Part shown: positions 41,455 through 50,424 of the stretch, in pieces
Layout: each line of letters begins with the position of its first letter
Numbering within the stretch: position 1 is the stretch's first letter
Source of the DNA: an uncultured Chloroflexia bacterium
GTDB taxonomy: Bacteria > Chloroflexota > Limnocylindria > Limnocylindrales > CSP1-4
DNA: 64,000 nt
Assembly (NCBI GenBank): GCA_963707215.1
Contig: CAVPPB010000003.1
Span: forward strand, 1,216,001 to 1,280,000
Direction: 5' to 3'
Program-made: the position numbers and the translations under genes
The notes under the pieces: generated by a model
Databases searched by the model: none
What the model was told of the DNA's origin: nothing
What the model saw: the letters and a program-made list of their open reading frames with translations, nothing else

Positions 41455-42176
41455 CCCTCACGGCGCGGGAGCGCTCGTTCGCCGAGAAGCTCGGCCTCCT
41501 ATCCGAAGTGGCCCTCTTCGCTGGCCTCTCCGAGGCGGACATGACCGCCATCGGGCACGCGACCACGATGACCCACTGCACCCGCGGCCAGGTGATCCTC
41601 TCCCCCGACGATCCGCCGGACCGGATCCACATCGTCAAGAAGGGTCGCGTCCGGGTCTACCGGATGACGCCCGACGGCAAGCAGCTGACGCTCGACATCT
41701 ACGAGAAGGGCACGATCCTGGGCGACATGAGCCTGCTCGGTCAGGACCGGCTGCCGGAGGCCTACGCCGAGGCGATCGACGAAGGCGTCATCTGCACCAT
41801 CACCCCCGACGAGCTGCACGGCCTGATCGAGCGCTACCCCGTCATCGGCGTGAACATCATCCGCCACCTCTCCGGCCGGCTCCAGGCGGCCGAGCGGGAG
41901 CTCGAGGCGATGGCCTACCAGCGGGTCGACCAGCGCCTGGCCCGCAAGCTGCTCGACCTCGGTCAGCGGTTCGGAGTGACGACCGAGCGGGGCACGCTCA
42001 TCCAGGCCCGGCTGACCCAGCAGGAGCTCGCCGAGATGATCGGCACCACCCGCGAGACCCTGGCCCACACCCTCGGCGACTTCCGCCGCCAGGGCCTGCT
42101 CGAGTCCGAGCGCCACCAGGTCGTCATCCGCGATGCCGAGCGGCTGGCCGATGTCGCCGAGGGCGGCGACGGCTGA
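41451..42176 (+). CDS. Crp/Fnr family transcriptional regulator
   Basis: cNMP-binding domain plus LTQQELAEMIGTTRETL HTH. Confidence 0.95.
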   Translation: MTLTARERSFAEKLGLLSEVALFAGLSEADMTAIGHATTMTHCTRGQVILSPDDPPDRIHIVKKGRVRVYRMTPDGKQLTLDIYEKGTILGDMSLLGQDRLPEAYAEAIDEGVICTITPDELHGLIERYPVIGVNIIRHLSGRLQAAERELEAMAYQRVDQRLARKLLDLGQRFGVTTERGTLIQARLTQQELAEMIGTTRETLAHTLGDFRRQGLLESERHQVVIRDAERLADVAEGGDG

Positions 42177-42399
42177 CGACCTGCCGTGCCGGCGTGTGTC
42201 TCAGGGCGGGGCACCGATCACCACCTGACGCGAGCCGACCCCGGCAGCCCGGCCCGGTCGATGGGCCGGCGCTCGGCCGAGCGGTCCCGACCTTCGGCTC
42301 TGGTGCTCGCGGCGCAGCACGTCCATCGTCCGACGGTGGTCGCCCGGCGACGCTGCCCCAGGCGCCGATGGCCGGGTACCCTGATCCAGGAGGTCTCGG

Positions 42400-43254
42400 A
42401 TGAGACGACTGCTGGCCGCGGTCATGGCGGCCCTTCTCGCGCTCGCCCTGGCCGGTCCGGCCATCTCCATCACCAACGGCGTTCCCGATGGCGACGACCA
42501 CCCCTACGTCGGCCTGCTCGTGTTCGACGTCGAGCCCGGCTCGCCGGCGTGGCGGTGCAGCGGCTCGCTCATCGCCCCGGACGTGGTCCTCACCGCCGGG
42601 CACTGCACCGACGGGGCCGTGGCCGCGCGGATCTGGTTCGCCGAGGACGTGACCTACGACGCGATCCCGTTCCCGCTGTATCCGTTCGGCGGTCCGGGCA
42701 GCGGAGCGATCGAAGGCACGCCGTTCACGAACCCGGACTACCAGAGCCCGGAGAACCCGTACGGCGGCGGCAACGGCCTGCCCGCGTTCTCCTACCGTGA
42801 CGTCGGCATCGTCATCCTCGACGAGCCCGTCGTGATGGACGAGTACGCCGAGCTGCCCGCTGCCGGCCTCGTCGACACGCTGGCCAACAAGGCCGACCTC
42901 GACTACGTCGGCTACGGGGTGAAGTACCAGGCACAGGTCCCCGGCGTCGAGCTGCCCCAGCCCCCGCCCTACTACCGGTGGACCGGCCTGCGGACGCGGA
43001 CCTACGCGCCGGGCACGCTCGTCTCCGGGAAGTTCGTCCACAGCGCCGAGTACCTGCGGGCATCGCTGAACCCCGGTGGCGCCAAGGGCGGCACTTGCTT
43101 CGGCGACTCCGGCGGGCCCGACCTTCTCGCCGGCACGGACACGGTCCTCGCCGTCAACTCCTACGTGACGAACGTGAACTGTGGCGGCCTCGGCTACGGC
43201 AGCAGGGTCGACATCCCCGTCGTCCTCGACTGGATCGAGGGCTTCATGGACTGA
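42400..43254 (+). CDS. Secreted trypsin-like serine protease
   Basis: Signal peptide; CSGSLI, LTAGHC, DVG and GDSGGP. Confidence 0.93.
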   Translation: MRRLLAAVMAALLALALAGPAISITNGVPDGDDHPYVGLLVFDVEPGSPAWRCSGSLIAPDVVLTAGHCTDGAVAARIWFAEDVTYDAIPFPLYPFGGPGSGAIEGTPFTNPDYQSPENPYGGGNGLPAFSYRDVGIVILDEPVVMDEYAELPAAGLVDTLANKADLDYVGYGVKYQAQVPGVELPQPPPYYRWTGLRTRTYAPGTLVSGKFVHSAEYLRASLNPGGAKGGTCFGDSGGPDLLAGTDTVLAVNSYVTNVNCGGLGYGSRVDIPVVLDWIEGFMD

Positions 43255-43407
43255 GCTTCGGCCCAGCGTCCGGCCACGGACCGTGCTCGGCCCGTGGATC
43301 GGGGCGGCCCGTCGGTGATCCCGGCGGGCCGTCCACTGCTCGGACGGTCATGGCGACCCGCTTGGCCGTCAGGCGCCGCATCCGAGGCGGGGCGTACCAT
43401 CCGGCCC

Positions 43408-44088
43408 ATGTCCGGACCGGTCATCGTCAGCGACATGGACGGCACGCTTTCCACCGCCGAGACGTGGCGCGGGGTGCTGGCGTGGATCCGGGCATACCAC
43501 GACTCGCCGGCCGCTCGTCGCTTCGTCCAGGTCCGCTTGCCGCTCGTCGCGCTCGCCAAGGCCGGCCTGTACGAAAAGGAGGCGTTCCGGGCTCGCTGGG
43601 TCCGCGAGCAAGCAAAGCTCCTCCGGGGGCTGCCGGCGGACGATCTCGCGGTGATGGGGGCGTGGGTCGTCGAGCATCACCTCTGGCCGGCCCGCCGACA
43701 GCCGGCTCTCGATGCGCTCGCGGCGGCCGTCCGGGAGTCACGGGCGGCCGATCCGGGAACGGAGGTCGTCCTCGCGACCGGCGCCTACCAGCCGATCGGC
43801 GATGCCTTCGCCCACCGGATCGGCGCGAGCGTCGTCCTGGGGACACCGCTCCAGCTGCAGGACGGCGTCACGACCGGTGCCCTGGCCGCGCCGACCCAGA
43901 GCGGCGAGCAGAAGGCTGCCGCGGTCCGGGCGCTCGCTGGGGGACGCGTCGTGCTCACGGCCTTCGGCGACACCGGTGCGGATGTCCCGTTGCTCGAGCT
44001 GGCCAAGCGACCGGTGGCCGTGGCGCCCGATCGCGGCCTCCGCCGGACGGCGCTCGATCGCGGCTGGGAGATCCTCGACGGCAGCTGA
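43408..44088 (+). CDS. HAD-IB family hydrolase
   Basis: DMDGTL, ATG, K and FGDTGAD motifs. Confidence 0.88.
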   Translation: MSGPVIVSDMDGTLSTAETWRGVLAWIRAYHDSPAARRFVQVRLPLVALAKAGLYEKEAFRARWVREQAKLLRGLPADDLAVMGAWVVEHHLWPARRQPALDALAAAVRESRAADPGTEVVLATGAYQPIGDAFAHRIGASVVLGTPLQLQDGVTTGALAAPTQSGEQKAAAVRALAGGRVVLTAFGDTGADVPLLELAKRPVAVAPDRGLRRTALDRGWEILDGS

Positions 44089-45510
44089 TCAGCCCGCCGA
44101 CGCGAAGATGGAGAGCCCGGTCATGAAGGTCACGACCGCCGCCCGGGCTGCGTAGGCGTCGTCGCCGGCGGTCCCGGTGGTTCGGACCATGATCGTCCCG
44201 GCCGGCCCCACGTCGATGACGTAGGCGAAGCTCGAGGTCCCGGCCGGCAGGCCGGACGCGTCGCTCGTCGATTCCGCTTCGACCAGGGTGGCCGGCGATT
44301 CGCCCACGGTGAGCTCGACCTGCTGGCGGACCTGCCAGGAGGCCGGGTCCGTCATCGTCGTCACGACGTCCGCGTAGGCCTCGGTCGTATCGGTCACCAT
44401 GACCGCGGTGACGAGCGTCGCAGGGTCCGTGGGCACCTCGATCGGCTCGGGATCGAAGTATCGGCAGGCGAGCCCGGCGGGCTCGGTCACGGTCGACCAG
44501 CTGGCTGGGTAGACGATCGTCGCCAGCGGGGTCCCCTCCACCTGGGGCTGGCAGGTCCCGACCGTCGGCAGCTCGATCGGGGGCGTCGGCAACGGGGTCG
44601 GTGCTGACGACGGGGATGGTGCCGGCGTCGGGCTCGGCGAGGTCGATGGCTCAGGGCTCGTCGACGGCGTCGGGCTCGCCTCGGGCGACGCAGACGGGCT
44701 CGCCTCGGGCGACGATGACGGGGACGGCGACGCGTCCTCGTCGGTCGAGGGACGGACAAGGGCGACGATGACCCGACCCTTCAGGTCGGTCAGGTCCACC
44801 CGCGGTCCGCGGGTGTCCACCACGGCGGCACCCTGGAGAGCGTCGAGGAATGCCGACTCCTGTGCCATGACCGCCTCATCGCAGGCCATCCGCGTCGTGG
44901 CCAGACGGCCGATCCGGACCACGTTGCCATTGGTGCCGTACGCGCCGCTGAACGAGTTGCAGCCCGACGAGCCGCCCACGGACGCGATGCCGAAGACCAC
45001 GTCGAGCCGGGTCCCCGCGAGCGGGGCGGCGACGGTCGAGTCGTCGACCGCGAACGACTCCACCCGCCAGGAGCCGCGCAGCGGGTTCCTGGGGGCGGCA
45101 TCGAACTCGAGCAGCGTCCGCCCGTCGGCGCCCAGGACGGTCAGGACCCCTCGGCGGACCGTGTAGAAGCGGCTCTCTTCGAGGAGCGACAGGTACGTCG
45201 ACTCGAACACCATGGCCTCCTCCGGGCAGGCCATCCGGGTGACGGCCACCTGCGAGACCAGGAGCATCCGGCCGCCGGACCGATACAGCGCGTCGTACGT
45301 GTTGCAGCCGGAGAAGCCCCGGACCCGCTGCGAGCCGACCTCGGCGTCTGCGTACAGGGTCTCGGGCATGATCGTCAGGTCGCCATCCTGCTCATAGGCG
45401 CGAAGCACCCAGTCCGAGCCTCCCAGCTGTCCTCCCGAGGCCTCCACCGAGGAGCAGGCAGCCGCCACCAGGACGATGGCGATGAGCGCGACAAGACGAC
45501 CGAGAGTCAT
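44089..45510 (-). CDS. Lipoprotein with two META (HslJ) domains and a Pro/Ser/Thr linker
   Basis: AAAC lipobox; two G(F/S)SGCN...TRMAC repeats. Confidence 0.88.
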   Translation of the reverse strand: MTLGRLVALIAIVLVAAACSSVEASGGQLGGSDWVLRAYEQDGDLTIMPETLYADAEVGSQRVRGFSGCNTYDALYRSGGRMLLVSQVAVTRMACPEEAMVFESTYLSLLEESRFYTVRRGVLTVLGADGRTLLEFDAAPRNPLRGSWRVESFAVDDSTVAAPLAGTRLDVVFGIASVGGSSGCNSFSGAYGTNGNVVRIGRLATTRMACDEAVMAQESAFLDALQGAAVVDTRGPRVDLTDLKGRVIVALVRPSTDEDASPSPSSSPEASPSASPEASPTPSTSPEPSTSPSPTPAPSPSSAPTPLPTPPIELPTVGTCQPQVEGTPLATIVYPASWSTVTEPAGLACRYFDPEPIEVPTDPATLVTAVMVTDTTEAYADVVTTMTDPASWQVRQQVELTVGESPATLVEAESTSDASGLPAGTSSFAYVIDVGPAGTIMVRTTGTAGDDAYAARAAVVTFMTGLSIFASAG

Positions 45511-45536
45511 GGATCGGACCTCCCCTGAGGGACGAG

Positions 45537-45800
45537 CTACTGGGAGCGGCTGGCGACGTAGAGGGCGAACAGGCGGAGCCCGTATCCGAAGCCGGCCACG
45601 ACGAAGGCGCTGAAGATCGGCAGCCCGATGGCGGACGCGGAGATCGCGAACGCCTCGAGGATGTTGAAGGCCTCACGTGAGGCGAGGTCGATCCACCAGA
45701 GGACGCCGGCCACCAGGGCGTAGATGACCGCGACCCAGCCGATCACGATGAAGAAGGTCCCGATGCTGGCGAGGCGACGAGCGTCGCTGACGAGGTCCAT
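45537..45800 (-). CDS. Small two-TM membrane protein
   Basis: GGAGGAG RBS; two hydrophobic helices. Confidence 0.7.
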   Translation of the reverse strand: MDLVSDARRLASIGTFFIVIGWVAVIYALVAGVLWWIDLASREAFNILEAFAISASAIGLPIFSAFVVAGFGYGLRLFALYVASRSQ

Positions 45801-46030
45801 GGTGCTCCTCCAGGTCGCCCGCTACGAGGGGCGTGGGGCACCATCCAAGCAGACTCCCTCGGATCGGGCATCATCCCCATCGGATGAGTGGATCATGCCC
45901 GGCTCGACGGTCGGTCTCCTGGACCCTTCATCCCGGCCCCGCACCGGCTCAGGCTGATCGGGTCGCATCACGACCGACGGCTCCGCCGGTCAAGCCACCG
46001 GGCGACGGAGCGTCAGGCCCCTTCGGCCGG

Positions 46031-46463
46031 CTACGCCTCCAGGATGGCCTTCAGCCTGCCGAGGTCGGCCTCGTAGCCCCGACGCACCATGCGCCCCATC
46101 AGGGGCTCCAGCGGTCCGAGGATGCCGCCCAGCTCGATCTCGTCGGTCCAGGTCACCTGGGTCCCACCGGCCACGCGCTCGAAGGTGACGATGTTGTGGG
46201 TCCGGAGCGGTCCCGCCGCGCCCCGGTAGGCGAACCTCGAGCCCGGTTCCAGCGCCGCCACCTCGATGACGATCCCGACGGGTCGCCCGAGCACCCTGCC
46301 ACCGGCTCGGATCCGCGTCCCCACCCCGACCGGCCCCTCGGTGAGCTGTTCCAGCTCCGAGACGCCACCCCGCCACTCGTGCATGGCGCTGAACGTGCTG
46401 GCATACGCGTACACGTCCTCCGCGGCACGGTCGATCCGGATGGCTGACCTCGATCTTCCTCAC
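46031..46463 (-). CDS. SRPBCC family protein (1-bp frameshift near 46442)
   Basis: VRKIEVS then IRIDRAAEDVYAY..., EGPVGVGTR and DLGRLKAILE. Confidence 0.8.
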
Positions 46464-46506
46464 CCGGCGCTCGTCACCGATCCAGGCCCAGGGCAGGCCG
46501 CGCGGT

Positions 46507-46947
46507 TCACGGGGCGGCCGCTTCCATCAGCTGCTTGAGCTTTGGGTAGTCGCCTTCCAGCTGTCGCCTGCCCATGCCCGCGAGAAGCGGGCCAGCGAGG
46601 TTGAGGAGGCCGCGGAGCTCACCCTCGTATCTGATCGTGACCCGGGTGCCGCCCTCGACGGCCTCGAAGGCCCGCGAGAAGGTCAGCGGCAACGGTCCGG
46701 ACACGACCTTCCACGCCGCCAGTCTGGTCGGCTCGTACGCGACGGTCTCGTACACCGTCGCGATCCGCCGGCCGAGGAGCGCGCCGGTCAACCGATACCG
46801 GGCACCTACGCCATGGGGGCCCTCCGTCGTCTTCTCGGCATCGATCCACTCGCGCCGCCACTCGAGGTCGTTCGCAAGGTCGGTCAGGTACGTGAAGCAT
46901 GCCTCGATCGATCGGCTGATCACGACACTCGACTCGACTGGCTTCAC
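46507..46947 (-). CDS. SRPBCC family protein
   Basis: VESSVVISRS, EGPHGVGARY and LKQLME. Confidence 0.85.
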   Translation of the reverse strand: MKPVESSVVISRSIEACFTYLTDLANDLEWRREWIDAEKTTEGPHGVGARYRLTGALLGRRIATVYETVAYEPTRLAAWKVVSGPLPLTFSRAFEAVEGGTRVTIRYEGELRGLLNLAGPLLAGMGRRQLEGDYPKLKQLMEAAAP

Positions 46948-47037
46948 GCAGGGCCCTCCGTCAGCGGTCGGAGCAGTATCGCTGGGCGGTCAAGCGGACA
47001 CCGCGATCACGAACGCGGAACGTCGCCCGCACGCCTC

Positions 47038-47071
47038 GGGCATGACCGCTCGCTGGTCCGATCCAGGTCGA
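47038..47071. repeat. 34-bp direct repeat; second copy at 54807-54840
   Basis: gggcatgaccgctcgctggtccgatccaggtcga versus gggcatgacggcgcgctggtccgatccaggtcga (32/34). Confidence 0.8.
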
Positions 47072-47152
47072 TGCAGCCCAAGGCCGTCGCATCGCTCGGG
47101 CCGACGAGGGACGACGCGCCGGCGACGACGAGAGCGGGCGTCGGATCGGCGG

Positions 47153-47352
47153 CTACTGGCGTGCCATGTGCATCCGAAGCTCGGCCTCGGGATCGACGAT
47201 GAGCTCCCCGCTGACGTCCACGACGACCTTCTCGAGGTGGCCGGTGAACTTGAATGGGCTCGGGTAGTCCGGGGTCACCGGAGAACCCGGGTCGTGGCCA
47301 CAGCTCACGCCACCGGGGTTGAACATGAACGGCGTGGTGTACGGCTCGAGCG
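47153..47352 (-). pseudogene. C-terminal fragment of an arylsulfatase
   Basis: PYTTPFMFNPGGVSCGHDPGSPVTPDYPSPFKFTG...VDVSGELI...EAELRMHMARQ*; no N-terminus. Confidence 0.7.
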
Positions 47353-47385
47353 CCTGACGGGAACGACGGGGAACCGACCAGGGCT

Positions 47386-47706
47386 CTACGAGAGGCTGTG
47401 GAAGGAGCCCAGGAGCGTCTCGATCACGGTGAGAGCTTGGCATGCCTCGTCGAGCTCCTGGTACTCGCTCGCCCATGCCTCGCGAAAGGCATCGCACGCT
47501 TCCTTCGAGACCCAGTGGTCGACGGTGACGTACCGGCCAGGAACGGCGATGTCGCGATGCAGCTCCGTCCCCAGGTAGCTCGCGTCCCGCCTGAACAGAC
47601 GCGCCCATTCGCCCTCGGGACCGTAGCGCTCCTCGAACTGCGCTTCGCAGCCCTTCTTGACCGTGAACTCCCAGATGGAGACGTATCGCGGTTCGGCATG
47701 CGGCAT
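47386..47706 (-). CDS. Antibiotic biosynthesis monooxygenase (ABM) family protein
   Basis: IWEFTVKKGCEAQFEERYGPEGEW...YLGTEL...YVTVDHW. Confidence 0.8.
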   Translation of the reverse strand: MPHAEPRYVSIWEFTVKKGCEAQFEERYGPEGEWARLFRRDASYLGTELHRDIAVPGRYVTVDHWVSKEACDAFREAWASEYQELDEACQALTVIETLLGSFHSLS

Positions 47707-47842
47707 CGATGATGTCCCCCTCGATCTCGACGGCGTCGCTTCTGACATTCGCTTCGACCTCGTGGCCGAGGGGGATGCCGTGGTCGCGCACTTCACGTCC
47801 ACGATGATGCCGAACAGGGTGGCGGTCGTTCACACTTGGTCC

Positions 47843-49252
47843 ATGACCCGCCGTCGACTCCTCAGCGCGATCCAGTTCTTCCCGCGTGGCGGCTCGTCGC
47901 ACGTCGCGAGGGCGCTCGCGACCGGGCTCCCGGCGCACGGCTGGGACGTCACCATCGTCTCCGGGTCCAGGGCCGATCTGGGCCAGCTCGGCGACGCCAC
48001 CCACTTCTACGCGGGCCTGGACACCCACCCGGTGTCCTTCGACGTCGCGCTTGCCGCGTCCGATCCGCTCGATCCCCCTGGCGACGCCGCGCCGATGCAC
48101 CCGTCGTACGAGGACCGCCCCGGCGCCCCCGACCCGGTGTTCGCGTCGCTCGACGACCACGCCTTCGAGCGCCAGGTGCGCGCCTGGGCCCGTGCCCTGG
48201 CCACCGCCGGAGCCAACGAGGCCGACGTGCTGCACCTGCACCACCTCACACCCATCCATGAGGCAGCGGCCCGCGTCGCCCCCGGCGTCCCCGTCGTCGG
48301 GCACCTTCACGGGACCGAGCTGCTGATGCTCGAGGAGATCGATACAGGTCCCCCGGTGGGGTGGACGCACGCACAGGTCTGGGCTGACCGGATGCGCGCC
48401 TGGGCACACCGATGCGAGCGCCTGCTCCTGCTCTCGCCCTCGCAGGTCCCGCGCGCGCGGCGGCTGCTCGGTCTCGACCCGGACCGGCTGGTGGTGATCC
48501 CCAACGGGTTCGACCCAGGCGCCTTCAGCCCCCGGGAGGTGGATCGGGGTGCCCTGTGGGATCGCGTCCTCGTCGATTCGCCGCGCGGGTGGCTGCCTGG
48601 CGGCAAGCCGGGTGGGGCACGCTACGTCCGCGATGAGCTGGGCCCCCTCCGCCATGGCGTGACGGTCGTCAGCGTGAGCCGGTTCAGCGCCGTCAAGCGG
48701 ATCCCGCTGCTCATCGAGGCGTTCGCGCGCGCCCGCGCGTCGACGCGGACCCCCGCCGGTCTCGTGCTCGTGGGCGGCCACCCGGGCGAGTGGGAGGGGG
48801 AGCATCCGGCGGACTCGATCCGCCGGCTCGGTGCCGAGGGCGTCTTCCTCGCCGGCTGGTACGACCACGACGAGCTCCCGGCGCTTGTTGCCGCTGCCGA
48901 TGTGTTCGCGCTCGCCTCGGTCCGCGAGCAGTTCGGCCAGGTCCTCGTGGAGGCGATGGCGTGCGGCGTGCCCCCGATCGCCGTGAACCGCTTCGGGCCC
49001 GGCGAGATCGTCACCGACGGGGAGACCGGCTGGCTCGTGGAGCCCGACGACGTCGATGCGCTCGCCGAGGCGCTCCGCCAGGCGATCGACGACCCGGGGG
49101 AACGGGCGCGTCGCGGCACACGCGCACGCGCGGTGGCGGCCGAGCGCTATGGCTGGCCGGCCCTCGCGGGCCGCCTCGCCGCCGTGCTCGACGAGGTCGT
49201 CGTCATGACACCGGAGGTGGCCGTGGATGATGCCTCGAGCGCAGAGGCCTGA
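47843..49252 (+). CDS. Glycosyltransferase family 4
   Basis: VIPNGFD, RFSAVKR and EQFGQVLVEAMACG. Confidence 0.92.
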   Translation: MTRRRLLSAIQFFPRGGSSHVARALATGLPAHGWDVTIVSGSRADLGQLGDATHFYAGLDTHPVSFDVALAASDPLDPPGDAAPMHPSYEDRPGAPDPVFASLDDHAFERQVRAWARALATAGANEADVLHLHHLTPIHEAAARVAPGVPVVGHLHGTELLMLEEIDTGPPVGWTHAQVWADRMRAWAHRCERLLLLSPSQVPRARRLLGLDPDRLVVIPNGFDPGAFSPREVDRGALWDRVLVDSPRGWLPGGKPGGARYVRDELGPLRHGVTVVSVSRFSAVKRIPLLIEAFARARASTRTPAGLVLVGGHPGEWEGEHPADSIRRLGAEGVFLAGWYDHDELPALVAAADVFALASVREQFGQVLVEAMACGVPPIAVNRFGPGEIVTDGETGWLVEPDDVDALAEALRQAIDDPGERARRGTRARAVAAERYGWPALAGRLAAVLDEVVVMTPEVAVDDASSAEA

Positions 49253-49301
49253 TCGTTCGCCGCATGCTCGGTCGTACGATGCTGGCTGCGAGGAGGAGAC
49301 A

Positions 49302-49365
49302 ATGGCCGATCCGGTGGGCGACATCATCGGGGACTATCGGGCGTTCGCCGTGCAGCAGCGTGACA
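49302..49365 (+). pseudogene. N-terminal stub of a probable VOC-family protein
   Basis: Strong AGGAGGAG RBS and MADPVGDIIGDYRAFAVQQRD, after which similarity stops. Confidence 0.4.
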
Positions 49366-49467
49366 CTGCGGTTCGCGAGCGTGATGGACCGCAGCGCCGC
49401 AAGCAGCGTTCAGGCCTTCGGCCTCTTGCCCCGTGCGTTCCACGGCCGGCACCCTGTCCGCCGTAGC

Positions 49468-49544
49468 GCGGGGAGCGCTGACGCACGGTCCTGCGCCACG
49501 GCCGCCCCAGGGACCGTGCCGAGCTACTGGCGAGACCGACCCGC
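49468..49544 (+). ncRNA. c-di-GMP-II (GAG variant)-like riboswitch
   Basis: P1 GCGGG/CCCGC, kink-turn GA motifs, P3 GCACGGUCC/GGACCGUGC, CGCC/GGCG pseudoknot and ACUGGCGAGACCGAC; directly before an RBS. Confidence 0.75.
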
Positions 49545-49571
49545 CCGTCGTGGCGTCCCAGGAGGGAACCG

Positions 49572-49982
49572 ATGACGAGGCGGCTGACCGTCGCGCTCGC
49601 CCTGGCCTTGATGGTGGCTCTCGCAACCGCCGCCCCGGTGGCCGGCGCTCGAAAGCTCTTCACGCACTTCACCTACGCCGATCTCGAAACCTGCGAGGTC
49701 TGGGGATACGTGAGCTGGGACGACTACCCGGCCAAGGACTACTACGTCGAGGTCGTCTTCTACGAGGACGGGGTCCCGAACATCGTCCAGACGTCGGCGG
49801 TGATGTACGGCGCCCGCAGCGGCACCTTCGAGACCTTGAAGTTCAAGCTCTCCTCGGACGCCACCACCCACCTCTGGACCAGCGAGGCAACGCTGTACCG
49901 CTTCGGCAAGCACGACAAGGCCGTGACGACCTCGCCGAGCCAGAGCAGCTACAGCCTCGACTGCACCAGTGCCAGCGGGTGA
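49572..49982 (+). CDS. Secreted hypothetical protein
   Basis: Signal peptide, GGAGG RBS and two cysteines. Confidence 0.75.
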   Translation: MTRRLTVALALALMVALATAAPVAGARKLFTHFTYADLETCEVWGYVSWDDYPAKDYYVEVVFYEDGVPNIVQTSAVMYGARSGTFETLKFKLSSDATTHLWTSEATLYRFGKHDKAVTTSPSQSSYSLDCTSASG

Positions 49983-50221
49983 TGGCCGCACCCTAGCGGC
50001 GCTCGGGGACACGGCATTGCATGGCGATAGGTGTCCGCGAAGCCGGCGACACCTAGCCTGACAGTCACCCCCGGCTCCGGGCCAGCCGGCGCGCTCTTGC
50101 TGATCCGCGGGTGAAGGCGACCAGCCCACGGCGGGGAGACCGGAGCCGCGCGGTCTGGCTCAGGACTCCCGCGACGTCGGGCACCGGCAGGGTGTCGTGC
50201 TGAGCACGAACGGGGGCAAGC

Positions 50222-50266
50222 GGAGCGGGAGACGGGACTCGAACCCGCGACATCCTGCTTGGGAAG
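50222..50266 (-). mobile_element. 3' half of tRNA-Gly(CCC), probable att remnant
   Basis: Reverse complement cttcccaagcaggatgtcgcgggttcgagtcccgtctcccgctcc runs from the anticodon loop to the acceptor stem; no 5' half. Confidence 0.8.
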
Positions 50267-50424
50267 TGGAGGAGCCTGAGCGGCGTGCTCCGAGCGTGGA
50301 AGGGCGAGCGTACGGCGAAGGTTAGGGTGTCTTGACGAGCACCGGCGTAGGCCCCGGCCCCGCGCCTGTCCGCGGAAGACGGCTGGGTCGGGCATGTCGC
50401 CAGGGTGGCGGAGCGGACGCTCGA

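Noticed and set aside
44560-44740. Repeats in the META lipoprotein gene
   Set aside because: They encode a Pro/Ser/Thr linker
50222-50300. Intact tRNA-Gly
   Set aside because: The D-arm and 5' acceptor strand are absent
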